Assembly: GCA_965644295.1 (NCBI GenBank)
Contig: CBFFRP010000410.1
Coordinates: 1-64,000, forward strand
From: Paraphysomonas bandaiensis
Lineage: Eukaryota > Protista > Chrysophyceae
Direction: 5' to 3'
Length of the DNA stretch: 64,000 nt
In this document: piece by piece, positions 12,434 to 27,097 of the stretch
How the letters are laid out: the number at the start of each line of letters is the position of its first letter
Position numbering within the stretch: the first letter of the stretch is position 1
Notes under the pieces: generated by a model
Database searches by the model: none
The model's input: the letters and a program-made list of their open reading frames with translations, nothing else
What the model was told of the DNA's origin: nothing
Program-made: the position numbers and the translations under genes

Positions 12434-13875
12434 TCAGCTTCCTTCTCTTCCTCGTTTGAGGACGTCGGGTGTAATAGTTATGTCAGGAAGAATTCCATTC
12501 GACCCAGTGGACGCAGAAGCCGTCCATATTCCCATCACAAGCCGCTCGACCTCTTCCTCTTCACATCGCATATAAGTACTTACAGGGAAGTCAGCTACAT
12601 CCTCACCAAGCGGGTTAGAGAGCATATTGTACCTGAATAGTACAGTGTATAAGAACGGGATTGTATAAGAACGATTCATACATATGTAAAATCCCAAGCA
12701 GCACAAACGTCAACAGAAATGAGGTAACGTATCCAGTCACCACATATGAAGAATCTTCTAGCAGGAACCCTTGGCCTATAATCCCCGCACTAACTAGAAC
12801 TAATTGGGCAAGAAATGTATACACTGCAACTAGTTATGTAAATACTAGACAAAATAAGTAACCTACCAATTACAACTGTCATCTGCACAAAAGGATACGG
12901 AAGTTGAACACGAACGTACATATCAGCATCGGCTGCTGCGCTCTGTATGGCTGACAAATCGGCAAACATAGAGTTGAGGTGATTACCAGATGAGCCGGGA
13001 GCAGGACCCAGTAAGCCTGCTGCAGCTGCTCTCTCAAGCGTAAGAGCAACCCAACTGTAAGCTTGAAACGGAGATAAAAGTCTCTCTGCGTCTGAATCTG
13101 TGGGGAGCTCGTGCTGGCAAAGCCGTGATGACTCCGTAGTGGTCAAAAGTCCGCGAGAGATTAGGTCTGCGGTACTGCAGTTCCCATTAGCTCGTTTGTA
13201 TATTAGCGCATGTCCGAGAGCCAGATAGCGCTTCACTGTAAGTACAATACCTAGTGCCTGCTCCTTGACATCGGGGGAGCAATGTCTTACGCTCACCGCC
13301 ACCACACTTACCACTGCAACTGTAAGTGCTTTGGATTTGTTCATAACATTACCTAGAGCTACACGGATACTCCACCACCGCTGCAAAAGATTATTGGAAA
13401 ATAAGCCCACTAAAAATGACGTTATCGTAAGTAAGGTCAGTGCTGTCATGTTGTCTGGCAGTGGGATACATTTGTACTGGTTATCACCACCACACTTCAT
13501 AGTAGCTAGAACAGTAGACAAGACGAGTTGCGCACTACAAATGCCTATAATTTTCCACTGAAACACTGAGCCCCTGCAGCTTATCTCTCACATACCTCAT
13601 CAAAACCACAATTCGTACCTGAGCGGTAACAGCCATCCATAAGATAGAAGCGCCGCAGAGTCATACCATACGATATTGCGAGTAGGAAGCTCAGTCGATT
13701 CGTACTTAACCGTTCGAGGCATTGGTACGGACTCATTAGCTTGTTGAGAACTGCTTCTAAGTCCTGACACCTCTGTAAATCCATCCACACTATCGCCAAT
13801 CACTGTAATGTATATATATGAGCACATATATATATATCCATGACGTGTACCTTCATACGAGTTGGAACGATTCAT
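12434..13875 (-). CDS. Bestrophin-family anion channel (multi-exon)
   Basis: SFLVGLFSNNLLQRWW, QLPYPFVQMTVVI/VYTFL and LSNPLGEDVADF match bestrophin motifs (RWW, P.P..Y.Q.V, NPFGEDDDDF). Confidence 0.85.
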
Positions 13876-15261
13876 TGCACAACTCACCGTATACAAAATG
13901 CTAGACACAATACTCAATTGTTCAATACTATGATGGGGTGGAGAGTCATGGGGGTGTAATTGTGTTAAAGTGTTCGTGTCAACTTGTGCATCCCAGCAGC
14001 AATATATCAATAGAATGGTGTATGGAGAAGATACTCGAATTCCAAGGGTTTAAAGGTAAAAATTACTATATTATTGCCGGTTTATTAGTTTTCAAGGAGT
14101 GAAATATTAAAATACCGTATATTTCATGAATCGCTATATCTTCAAAATCCATCGCTCCTCCATGCATCAAGCAACTGTATGAGTATTGAATTGAATGCCT
14201 GCATATTATATCGCATTAAAGTATATCCGATAAGTGACTTTCTGTATGTTATCTTTTAAAGTCACTACCTGTTCATTGTGCAACAGAGCACACAGTCATC
14301 ACATCACCATATCTTAAGCTCTATTCGATCATGCAGATACTATGAATACCAATTCGGCACACCGTGGGGGAAACTTAAGCCGCCAATCCTTATCTATATA
14401 GATATATAGCGGGCTGAGAAATTCAGTGAAACTTGGTTCACATCTGCAACGAATTTCTCTTTTGCATCTTTCCTCAATCCGCTGTCTACGAACTTAATAT
14501 TCTTTCGGAGGTTGGCTATTATAGAGCAATTGATTGAATGTGCTATGATAGTGGGGCAACAATATGGCAACAACTGACTTTTCTATGGAGTTCTTGGATC
14601 ATGGGGGCTGTCTCGAACTAATGAATTCTTCCTAGTTTATAGCCCCGACTGAAGATGTAGAGTTACAGAGAGAAGACTTTTTTACATGAGAATCCAAAAT
14701 GAGAACATGCTACACTCAAATTATGTTAGCTTGTTTAGAGTTGTTTATATTTGTATTATGTATGTAGTGATATATTCGTGGCTGGCGATGAAGAGAGTGT
14801 GTTTGCCTCAGAGAGACCAGTATCGTGACTATTAAATGTATTCGTATAGTAATTCAAGAATTGATCGTTTGAGATTGAAAAGTAGGTTAATCTTTCACAA
14901 GGCAGTAGTTACTACTGTAAACACGCATAATACGAAAAATATAATCGCGGTCATTAATATCTATGTAGCTAGCAATGTAGAAAGAGAAATTAGGCCATTG
15001 ACTCATTTACTTTTAAGGCGACCAAAGACATTTCTGTCTAAACCCTTAAAAGAAATTATTTTGGTCACCGGAATTGCGGTCAAGGAATGAAGACAAATTC
15101 CTCTCGAGCATTTCACTTTACTCTCGTCAGTTGCAATTAGTGACATTAGCAACTAATACATAAGCTTAAACGACTGCTTGTACATTTAAGAACATGTAAG
15201 CCATATGCGACCGTCATTCTCATGATACAGTTATAATAGCGGACAATTCATATCATTCTAA

Positions 15262-16170
15262 TCAAGCATTCATCAAAATATCGTTATCGTCATCTACAGA
15301 GCAATTGTTCTGCGCCTTGCCAAGAAGCCTGAATTTCAACTGTGACATATACCACCACAAAGAATAGAAAATAAAATTGACAACAAAGAGGATGTTATAC
15401 CAAGCAAAGCACGCCGCCTTATCCGTCTGCAAAAAATCATATGGCCAATCTTTGACGCCCTCTGCTACCGATGGCCATATAATTATAAGCCACAACAATG
15501 CCCATACAAAAGAGAATACAAACTCTTTGTAATGAATGTGAATGTTATTCAATGACATTTCAATAAGAAATGATACCGATGTCGTGAAGTGTGATACAAC
15601 ATTGAAAAAGTAGAAGCGAGGGCTCAATAATGTGAAATTAACAAGTGTAATGAAAAGGGCAGTAGCACCAGCAACGGCAAAGTGAATGGATATAAAAGTG
15701 CTAACTCTTCGTTTCACTAAATCAGAAACGTGCATATCATCTTTTCGATACTTCGTTACTATATGAAATATTGACGACAGGAACGCGAAGAGATAGTAGA
15801 GGGAAATAAAAACGAGGTTCCAGTTAGTGAAATATCTATATATACAAGTTAATGATACAATAAGATGATATTAATACAGCACTTACTCCCATCCGCCGCG
15901 ATAAGCTTTCCTCGTCAGTTTATATATTACCCCTATGCCCAAAAACCACAAGAAGAACAATAGTCTGAGCCCGCAGAGGAGAGCTGTATACTTCTCTCCG
16001 TGTATACTTGTAACACATGACTCGAATGTTCTCTGTTCGAATATAAGCCATCTCCTGCTATCGGGGGGAAGGGGGGAGTATCGGGAGTGCACGTACAGAC
16101 CGGCTACCACTATGGCGAACTCGATGAGTACCATCACTATCACTTCTGGTAAATACTCGAATTTCCCCAT
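15262..16170 (-). CDS. Multi-pass membrane protein, FAR-17a/AIG1/rolling-stone-like
   Basis: Several hydrophobic helices, with YFTNWN, VSHF and WPYDFL motifs; one intron near 15836-15886. Confidence 0.7.
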
Positions 16171-17228
16171 ATTGATAAGTGGTATACGTTACTTGGTTTG
16201 GAGTAGTATGTTTATATGATATTCGAGCAGAGGTGTCATGCGTATAGCATTGGCTGGTTTTATGGGCGTTAATATGGAGGCAGGATACATTCCTGCTCTA
16301 TGCTCTAGCTGAGCGATATCTACAGCAGTATACCGGTATATACTGTAGGTATATAGAGTACTGCACACAATCTGGAATTTTATTACCACGGTGAAGAAAA
16401 TTCTAGTTTTTAGGTTAGGCAAGTCTAGATATCCGGATAATTCACAGATCAATCAAAGAAGAACCAAAATATTCCTTAAACGATCAGTGCTATCATCATC
16501 GCATGTCATAGTGGTGGTGTATCTGAGCATATAGATTGTGGAGATGATAATGAATCGATGTGTGTACTGAAATGCTATTATGCAATGATAAAGCAGCTTC
16601 TCAGGCTTAAGAAAACAACCTTAGAATATGTGGAGCACTTGCGATACGTGAAACATCTACTATATGTGTGTAATATACCTGGTTTGCTATAGTTTATGAT
16701 GTGTATATCGGCACCATAGTGGCCCATATTTGTATTTCTTAGTTTCCAGCCCATGGTCCCTACATAAACTTAATATGTTCAGTAAATAATGAATAGGTAT
16801 TGTGTGCTCGGCAGTGACTAAGCAGACATATAGAATGGTGGTTGTTTTCAAAGGTCAACTCACTATCGCTACACTAGTAATGACGTTTAGTTGATAATAG
16901 ATTTGAGCAAGTACACTTTAGTTCAATGGAAACGAGCGAAGCACTATATGTACAGAAGAACCACGAAAGAGATAGCATACTATTTCAAAGCATAAGCTCA
17001 GACTTTTTTATTGGATAATTCGTATTGGTTTCAGCGAAGAAACACCATTTAGAATAACAGCAATAAAAAACATGTATCACTACCGTTTTATATACGTATT
17101 GTAGTTGTATGATCTGTATACACACAATCTAATGGCACTGTTCGTTCGATCATTGTGTGCTCAATTTCCCATATTAGGTGTAAATAATACGATACGATGT
17201 AGAGAGAAGACAAAAAAACAACTTTCAA

Positions 17229-18568
17229 TCAATCCCTAGCTGATATGCCAACGGAGTCAGCTGTTAAAACGCTGGATCGCTCATCTAGAGGTAGCCCACA
17301 TGAAGATTGCACGAACTGGTCAGAGGATAGGGACGATTCGCTGTCACGATATCCGTCGCATGCTGGACCAATGTCAGGAGTAATCGACGTCTCGGGATTC
17401 GAGTCATGGCGGCGATCACCGATGCAAATAATGCGTACTAGAAATCCCAATACAGGAACAGAGCGCAGCATACTAATGAGATTGTCAGTGTCCTCCTCGG
17501 AGGTTAACACGAATAGTAATGCATTAAAGAAACCCTGTGATGGGTCGAAAAAGGCCTGCATAATATGCAGCCAACTGTCGGACGCAGCGGATGCAGCACT
17601 TTCTGCAGCGCATACGAATTCAATTATAGTCCTGACAGATCCCCACACGCGCACAAACATAAATACTATTGGTACTGCCATCTGAACAGTAGAAAACAGT
17701 CAATATCAATTAATTAAATTGTATATTTACCCACCATCTTCAAATAAAATTTTCTAAATCTCATAGCCTTTCCTCTAACAACTCCAGAGCTGAGATGCCG
17801 CTTCGGCTGAATATCAGAACTCCCTTCTAATAAGGCTCTCTGGTCCCTAGGACCATACTCCATCAGAGGCTCCCTGAGGGCACAATTTGTGAAACTATTA
17901 GCCCAGCTGTTACTGGTGAGTGCAGACGGAGGGGAAACAGTGCAGGGATCAAGAGGACCCAGAGAGCTTTCCATTCCAATCAGCTTTTTCGTGGCAAAAA
18001 AATAGAATGCCGGTAGGATTATGAAACAAGATAACCACTCTATAAACTTGCCACCAACAAGTTCCCAAATGAACAGATTTTTGGACGTTTGTCCTCGTAC
18101 CCAGCAGACGACCCCTCCGCTGTGGTCAGAGCTATTGCGGCCGGCGTGATGAAACACAAGAACCAGTAAAATACATAATCCACTTATTCCCCAAGCTAGT
18201 ATGTGAAAATATCTCATCAACTCTTCTTTCTCCTTCTCTGATCTATACTTTCTCTGTACTATCATGGTGTATAAGTAATAAGCTATAAAATCGGTCCACA
18301 AAAAGCTGGCGACAGGGAAAAATATACCAAGAACTGCAAAGGCCTGGCATGCGGGAGTATTGTGGTCGTTATCATGCTCAAAAGTGGATGCGAAGTATAT
18401 GATTGAAGCCAAACAATCTGATAGAGACAAATAAAACAAGAGTCGCCTGCCTGTTTTTTTCCGCATATCCGCCGGGAAAAAACAGCAAAGCATTACTACA
18501 GTGGCGCCTAATATAGATAACACACACGAAAGGCGAAGAACAAGCGTGGATGTGTCTATATGGGACAT
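17229..18568 (-). CDS. 7-TM GPCR, cAMP-receptor/GCR1-like
   Basis: LLFYLSLSD, ACQAFA, ASFLWT.FIAY, FHILAWG, CWVR and QGFFNALLF motifs; one intron near 17684-17732. Confidence 0.85.
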
Positions 18569-19149
18569 TTCTCGCAGTTTCCGCTGAGTCTTTCTATAAT
18601 ATCCCTACACAGACAAAAAACTACTCATCCCAATAGGGCATATTGACTCCTCAGCTATTTTGACTATTAATCATAATAGAATATCCTGGAGCAGATAATG
18701 AGAGGGGTATGTAGCATTCATCTATAGTTAATACTACGTGCAGTGAATGTCCCCATACAACAGCAGAGCGTCAGATTTAACAGATCTACTGTATACTGCT
18801 GTATACCGCTGTAGGTATACGGAGGTACCGGCCCGTATTCCTGGTATTGCTGTATCGTGTATATGCGTGGCATACTGCTCCACATGCTATGTGCGGTCTA
18901 CAGCAGTATGATGCGCATTCCATATACTACATACCGTAATCTGTGTATGTGTATGTGCTATATGCATGTATCATATATATACTGCAGCTGCTGTACATAG
19001 CAGCAGGATGCATACATTATTTATTCACAGCACATTAATACGCATTTCATTATTTATATCCCATTTATAACCACAGGTGAGGGGGACGCGCTCACTAACT
19101 CCTTGATTCTCTTGCATCACCTGTTAATCTACCTACCAACCACTGAAGG

Positions 19150-22100
19150 ATGTCTCTTCTCAAGCAAATAGATGACAAGGGCGCTGTCATAGAGTGGTGC
19201 CCTTTATCCAGCCACGGCAACATGGTTGCTCTCGGAACTAAGGTAAAATACCCTCATTTATCATACTGATGTGTTCATTACATGCCCCTCAGGACTCCGC
19301 TGGGTCTGGTTTTGATGATTATGGTGGAGAGTTAGAGATTCATCGGATGAATTTTGCGGATCGAACCACTTCGAGTGTGTTAATTGGGCGCGCGAAGGCG
19401 ACGTAAGTAATGCATTGTATCATATAATGTATGTCTGACTGTGTGATAGATCTCGGTTTGCATCAATTGCGTGGTCTAAGATGGCAATGAAATCTGCTGA
19501 ATATGGGTATGGTCTTATTGCCACTGGCATGATTGACGGCACCATAAATGTCTGGGACCCTTCCCGTCTTGCATCAGATCACCCTGAACCTCTTATAGCT
19601 GCCGTGGAACAGCATACTGGGGCTATTCACGGGCTTCAGTTCAATCCCCACCGCGAATCATCCCACCTTCTTGCCTCAGGGGGAAGCGATGGGGAGGTGT
19701 ATGTAATGTCTCTCGACCGCCCTGATACTCCCAACGTATTTATTCCTGCCCCTCCACCTAACAACGCGAAGCATACAGCGGACATAACCAAAGTTGCTTG
19801 GAACACTCAGGTTGCTCATATTATGGCATCGAGCTCCCAGAATGGGTCATGTATTGTATGGGACTTGAGGCAAAAGAAGGCTTGGTGTGAGCTCAGAGAG
19901 CCCTCTGGCTGCTGCATATCTGACATCGCCTGGAATCCTGACCAGGGTCTTCACCTGGTCACTGCTGGGGGAGATGACAAGAACCCCGTTCTCAAGCTTT
20001 GGGACCTGCGTTCCAGCACATCATTACCTCTTGCGACTTTACAAGGCCATACGGAAGGCATCCTCTCTGTGTCGTGGTGTCCTTCCGACCCCTCGTTGCT
20101 CCTTTCCTGCGGAAAAGACAACCGTACTATGCTCTGGGACCTTTTCCATCTGCAGTCTGTGTATGACCTTCCTACAGGAGGAGTTGAACACTCACAAGGT
20201 GGACAAGACCAGGATCACAGCATGTTTGGAGGACTGGCCTCTGCTGTCGGGAATCGACGATATCATGTTTCTTGGTCACCTTGTCTCCCGGCAGTTATAT
20301 CTACCTGCTCATTTGACCGTAGTGTTCAATTTTACTCTCTATCCGGTGCAAAGTCAAAGCTTGGTCGTGCACCAAAGTGGCTCCGTAAGCCCACTGGTGC
20401 TACTTTCGGATTTGGTGGCAAGCTGGCGTCGTTTAACAACCAACCAGGTGCCTCTGACCAGAAGAAACCACAAGGACAAACAACCGGTAGTGTAAAGGTT
20501 AAAATTCACCAAGTGATAGAAAACACGGAGCTCGTAGATGCCTGTGATCAATTTCACAACGCTCTTGCGACCGAGGATTTCAATGGGTTCTGTAGAGCGA
20601 AGACGGAGTCTGCCCGTACCGAACAGGATAAGCGGGTGTGGGGTCTAATGCGCGTAATATGCTTTGAAAGTAACGCGAGAGAAGAACTCCTGACCCACCT
20701 CGGGTTCAACAGCCAGGAGATTGCGCGTATTGCTGAGGAGTATGTTACTACAATGACCGAACGTCGTTCTGAAGGGAATGACGGTGTACCCATCGCCGAG
20801 CTGGAGGGCCTCAGTCTCGATGCCTCGGAGGAGACAAAGCAATCAGCGGCCGAGGTCTTGGCAGCTACTAAAAGAGGCGAGGAAGCTGAGCACATGATTC
20901 GCAAAGCTCTCGTAGTCGGAAATTTTGCCGCTGCGGTGGATTGTTGCCTCGAGGCAGGCCTCATGACTGAAGCATTGTTGCTTGCTCAATGTGGTGATTC
21001 CTCTCTCTGGGCCAAAACTCAGAACTTTTTCTTCGAGCACCAGCGCAAGCGCAAACCTTTCCTCAACATACTTCAGGCGGTGATTAAGAACGAACTCATG
21101 GACTTGGTAATGTCTGCGGATCTGTCACGATGGAAGGAAACGCTGGCCATTTTAAGCACTTACGGGAAGAGTGATGAGTTCCCAGCTATGTGTGAATCCC
21201 TGGCGGCGAGGTTGGAAACTGAGGTCCAAGATATTGCCTCCGCCACACTGTGCTATATGTGTGCTACTAATGTATCCCGTACCGTTGGATTCTGGGTAGA
21301 TGAGTTACGAGCCGCAAATGCTGCAAAGGGTCATGTTGATACCATGGCGTTGCAGGAGTTTGTCGAAAAAGTTATTGTGTACACTCGTGCTAACCCTTCC
21401 GATGACTTAGGAGAAGATTGCAGTATGTACTTCGCTGAATATGCCAAGCTCCTGGCTTCACAGGGTAAGCTTGATGTAGCACCCAACTACCTGAAGGGGG
21501 ATCACATTGAGGAACAAATTCTAAGAGACAGACTTTATCATGGTGGTTCTGTTAAGCCAGTGGGATCTCGTCCTCCTCCCTTCCCCTTCGAGAAACAGTC
21601 CATCAATATGTCGTCAGGAGGACAGCAACAGGGTGATGCCCTGGCATTTCCTAATCATGCAAAGTCCACAGGTGGTGATGCGTCAGGCGTGTTCAATGCC
21701 AACCTATCTGCTGTCAAGACTCCACAGCAGCAGACACATTCTCAACAGGCGGCTACTTCTCTTCATCACACACCTTCTGCTCAAACGGCTCCAGCTCTGC
21801 CTCCGGGATGGCTACAGCTGGTTGATCCGTCTTCCAATAGAACTTACTATGTTGATCAGGCTACAGGGCAATCTCAATGGGAGCCACCCCAACGCCCGGA
21901 ACAAACTCAGGCTTCACCCGCCCCTGTGCCGACACCTGCTCCCGCTGCCTCTCCTGCTGTGCACCAGCAGCAACAGCCTGTCCCCAGTGCCTCTAGCTCT
22001 CTTCATGGAGGTGGATTGCGGTCTGCGTCTCATGACGAAGAACCTTCTCGTGTTGTTGGACCAACCTCAACTGATCGGGCAGCTGCTTCGCCGTCTGCAG

Positions 22101-22576
22101 CTTCTTCTGCTGCTCCTGCGGCTGTTGAGAATCCCACAGTTGCTGTGTCACCTACAGGTCCAGGGGCAGGTCCCACTGTCGACGCCCTTTTGCAGTTGGC
22201 TACTCTACTTCAAGGTATTTTTTTTATGTGTATGCAGTTACTATTGAGATGACGTACGAATTCAGGGAAGGCACTCCCAGGACCTGACAAGCGCTCGTTG
22301 TCTGCTGTCAATCAAGCACTTGCATGCCTACAGCAACAGATGTCTGCTAATCAAGTCAGCGTAGAGACGAGCGGTAAGCTTGAACAGCTTGTTGCGGCGC
22401 TCCACAATAAACAGATCTCGGCAGCAAATGCGATTCACACGGTCAGTCTATTTGCGAATTGTAACTGCTGAAGTAACACTTTATTTTAGGATCTCGTGAA
22501 TACGTGCTGGGCGCAACACAAAGATTGGATTAAGGGTCTGAAATATCTCATTCAGCTGATAGCAAAGCATAATTAG
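19150..22576 (+). CDS. SEC31: COPII outer coat protein SEC31 (with WW domain insertion)
   Basis: N-terminal WD40 repeats, RAPKWLRKPTGATFGFGGKL, ALVVGNFAAAVDCCL solenoid, Pro-rich region and C-terminal ...KDWIKGLKYLI. Confidence 0.93.
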
Positions 22577-22896
22577 GCAGTACGCAACTGTGACAATTTG
22601 TCTGTTCCCAGCGTAGTAGATATCGCCGTATTCAAGAATATTCGGTGCTTAGTTCATCAGTATCATAGTTACATCGATTTCTTGAGAATAATTCAGATTA
22701 ATGAAGCAGATAATGCAGTTTACATTTAATTTGTACTGTTCTGTTTCAACCACAGAACATTTAGTATAATGAATCAGTTATGAACGTAGATAAAAACCAA
22801 GCATCATACAATGACATAGTAAACTGAACACATACATTTGTCAGCACCAGATATGCGATCGACTTTGTAGTTCTAACTAGTAGTAGTGAGTGCCTT

Positions 22897-24498
22897 ATTA
22901 TTAGCAATAGGCGTTTAAGAGTTAGCATTTGTCGGATTAGTGCTTAACACTTTATATATAATATCTGATTATATAACAATAGGCGTGTAAGTGTTAAAAC
23001 TAAACAGAAATCTATCTAATACTTAATAATAATATCCTACTACTATTTGACGCTGCAAAGGCTGCTTGTGCGTCACCGCGAGCACCACTTTCGCTCTCTG
23101 TCCTTTATTGACTATTGATCATTTTTCACAATTAAAACCGTTAAGAGAAGTTTATTGTAAGTAAACTAGCTATACACCCATATACCATTTCACTATACAC
23201 CTACGTATGGGACAAATCATACGCGATGGGAAGAAACCGAGCCAAAGGAAACCGGGCCTGATCACATAACGGCCTCAGCATGCGCAGACTGTGCACACAC
23301 CCGGACCTCACTCACATACGTGAAGGTGTTCACCAAGCACACCACAACAAGCTCGACAAACTTCGCACACGCACGCTCCCCCATCCCTGGTTTCACACCG
23401 CCATAATCAAACTAGCAAAAGCCGCATGGAATCCACACACCCCCCAGGTTAAGCGCTACTGATCCGGCCACATTGCTGCCACACAATTCGGACGCCACAT
23501 ATCCAGCTCACTGCTCGAACATCAGTTCCACGTCCTCGAAACATCCCAAACCTCTATCCTCCTTCCCCTATATGGTGGAGGGCTCCGCATGCTTCGAAAC
23601 AGAGGTCTCAGACATCACAACACAGACACGGCATCAGTAACACCGATTACGACCCCACCACACTCTCAGCAACGCCCGTCGCAGGATACTCACCCGACAC
23701 CAAAAATACTCCAACTACTCCTAGCGACATCCACCCCAAGAATTCTATCCTCTGCAAGAGTCCGAACCCGACAGAGACAAGCACCACCACTCCGGAAACA
23801 ACTCCTCCTTACTTGTGGTCGAAATCCCACCTCGACAACCAGCACCATCTACACCACCGACTTACACTCTCATATACATCTAGCCCCAACAATCCCCCGT
23901 AAAACTCATGATACAGGCCCGGCAGACACACTGCTCAAAGGCAGACCCCCCGATTAACCTTAATTATCTAAGATAAACTCTTTATTATGTCAAACACAAT
24001 TGTGTGTGTTGTCATGTAAAACATGTCAACAACATGATAATTTATTTTGTTCATATCAACCACTTGCTCAACTTCAGTATCTTGAATCGTCATGATACAA
24101 TACTTCAGTTTCACAGTTATAGTTATAATATAGTATCTTTGACTACACGTGTTACTGTTTTTCACATTGTATTTAACGTATTCTACATTACTATCTTTGA
24201 GAACCATACGTATTCCAACATCCTTAAGGTGAACTAGCTCCCTACAGTAGGCAGCCCAATATTCTAGTTCCTGAATGCTCTTGAGGTGGGCCCATTCCCG
24301 GCAGCCTGTATATTCGTCAAGTGAAACTTATATTTGTGTCCCTTGTACCACACAAGCATTTAGCTATGAGTTGGCAGAACAATATCTTCTGACTATATAT
24401 ATGCGGCTCACGTTAGTTTCCCGGAGAAATATCTCCGGTACTTTTTCCCCAGAACACCACGAAAAGGTGCGAGTCCGACTTGGATGAGGGTACTTTTC
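22897..24498 (+). repeat. Dispersed hairpin-rich repeat, copy 2 (split by an insertion at 23106-24220)
   Basis: The left part (22897-23105) and right part (24221-24498) rejoin at tcctt to match copy 1 (cgctct.tgtccttaaggtgaac). Confidence 0.85.
23106..24220. mobile_element. 1.1-kb insertion with 5-bp TSD; LTR-like ends; contains a decayed non-LTR-RT-like fragment
   Basis: TSD tcctt at 23101-23105 and 24221-24225. Ends tattg...caaca are one change from TGTTG...CAACA. The C/A-rich interior encodes ILLPLYGGGLR (about 23556-23588), resembling the LPxxxGGLG motif of non-LTR RTs. Confidence 0.6.
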
Positions 24499-25511
24499 TT
24501 CCATGGGTAGTTTTCAAATGTATATTTTAAGCTATTGTTCTAGCTATCTTGTTGTTTTTATATATCCATCAGACTCTACCTGTGTAATCACAGATACAAA
24601 CTACAGGAAAATAGCACCCAATATTTAGATATGAACCCTGGTGAAATTGATTTACCAGGTATTACCCTGACTTGTAACTATCAATAGAATTATTGCCAAA
24701 TAAATTAATTGGTTGGCTTAATTACATAGATAGCATCTCAAGCCGTATAGCTGCTGGCCTTTGGTAAAAAACCATTATCTCAAAGCATAGAAGAACTTGG
24801 ATGTGTTAGCACTGCGTACAGTCACTACAGCATTATTAATCCTAATTGTGCGACAGCATACACTTTAACCTCAGCATGTAAGAGTGATAGCATGTTGACG
24901 ATCCTGTTGGCAAAGAACAAATTGAGCATATTGAAAACAATCGTCGTAATACACAGCTCAAGCGGATTGCACATACTCAAAGGCTTCGAAAGGTGAATTA
25001 TGTAGTATATCGGCTGGGGAGCATTATTAGCTGCTATTTCACCAGTAGAAGTGTGTGTGCAACAATAACGGAATAGTATCATTGAATAGCAATGTTTATG
25101 AAGCACTTGTATAGCACTACAAGTGTTTGTGAGATGAGTTTTTATGACTGATTTTTTCAAGCGAATGACACCTAGACACCTTAAAATGTTGATGTTTCTG
25201 ATTAATTTTATGGTAATTCTGAAAGTTGTTTAAAAAGCAATTAATTCGGTGCTTGGTAAAAATTGCAATTCATACGTCTCACCAATTAATTGTAATGCAC
25301 TCTATTAGCACAACAGCATCTAACTATTACTACCTCATAATTACTATCTATTCTTTCTACGTAGGGAAAGATCGCCAACATAGTCTATGATGTATGCGTA
25401 AACCTTATTTCGACTACAATATTATTAAATCGGATGTAGATGCTAAAATCTAGATAGTATACACCGAACTACAAGAAAACATTTTAAACCCAAAAATACT
25501 TTCTATAAGTT

Positions 25512-27097
25512 CTACTTTACTTTCATAGGTGACGGTTGTTTCCAAACATATTCTATCGCATACGGGTTGGGGTCGTCAAGTGTACAACTCATGGAACACG
25601 TGAACACATCTAATGAGCCCCAGTCAATGTCCTGACAACAAAAATCATCAATTGTTATATCAGGAAACAAATATCTAACCTCTCGCGTGGTGTTCTCAAA
25701 TGCTTCTTCAGATGCCAATGCGGCAGCTTTGTCTCCCTCTTGTTCCTCCTTTTCTTTGCTCTTACTCTTTAGTCGAGTATTGTGGTCGATGTTGAGAAAG
25801 TGAAGTAGCTGTGGCATCACCTGGAATTCGAAAGTCCTAGCAGCCCCGCACCTTTCACATACAGGTACAGATTCTTCATCAACTGTTCCTATAGAGCTGA
25901 CTGGAAGAGGTAGTCTGCTACTGCTTCCTTCAGTCGTGGAGACATCTTTCATCCCTCTGGGTCCACAATAGTAACGCAGTACTTGGTCATTGCCACCAAG
26001 GCTCACTCGAGTCAGAAACTTCACATACACAGGGTCGGTTAGTCCTTCTTTATTTCCAAGCGCAGCATTGTAGTCCGCCTGTCTCAGAGCGGCATCTGCT
26101 TCCTCACCCTCACCTCCGGGAGTCACTGTATGTGAATGTTAGTATACGTCCAGTAACGACACCGAACAGAACCTGCCCCTTCCCATACTTCAGTGCGAGG
26201 ATCCAACCCCTTCAACAAGTCGTTTTCCGTGGTAGGCTGCTGGTCTGAGGATGTTTGGTTGTCGTGATCGGCGGGGACTTCTTCAGGCTCTATGGCTATT
26301 TCATATTCAGGGAAGAGAGCACCCGAAGAAGGCGCACTAGAATCCACCTCGCCTGTTCCACATGCTGACTTATGATGCCTCCAGTGGAGTTTTTGATGGG
26401 ACCGAGAGCAATAAAACACATTTCTACACTTCCCACAGCAGTGCGACCCGTGACACCTGCATCCAACAAATATAAGAAGCATCAAGCAACGCAATATTGC
26501 TACAACCCACCCGCAAACCGCACATAAATTGGGGTAAGAGCCCACTGGAACACATACTGATTCAGATTCAGATTCGTCGGGTGCAATAGGAGGATAGAAC
26601 TTGTTCACTCGAGGAAGTTGGCATCTGATACATTTAATGCTGTCGCAACCATTAGATGCAAATGGAGAAACAGATACTCGGACACCTTCCGCTGTCAATA
26701 CACTCCGCCTTTCGGCAACAGAACAAATATAAACTTCTATGAAAAGCTGTATCCGGCTGATCCAGTGGGCAGTATATCTGTGTGCAGATTGATTCATAAA
26801 ACCCATATTGGGGATGTCTACCTGCACAAGTAGAGCCATAGTCTCCTTACAGCTACTGCACTGAATATCCCCATATGAAGGAAGCGTATCGCGGTTCAGC
26901 CATATCTGCGGTACAGTCACACGAGATATCCTCTGCAATAGCAGTCAATTAACCGGCTTTCCTCCCACTTTCCCGCCATCCCAATTCTTCCAATTGCTGT
27001 CGTTAAACAGAGGGTTGGTGGCTTCTTCTATAAACCCGAGTTGGATGTCATTCTCCTCTGGGAGATCATCATCGATAAAGTCTTCTTCAGCGGCCAT
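25512..27097 (-). CDS. PDCD2: Programmed cell death protein 2 (zf-MYND + PDCD2_C)
   Basis: GGKVGGKP, RCQLPRVNKFY, CGKCRNVFYCSRSHQKLHWRHHKSAC (MYND), QVLRY, CERCGAARTFEFQVMPQLL, IDWGSLDVFTC and EYVWKQ. Confidence 0.9.

Noticed and set aside
24634-24662. cctggtgaaattgatttaccagg hairpin resembling the TIR-family end
   Set aside because: It lacks the terminal cacatcgac and is too short to call as an element; at most an old relic.
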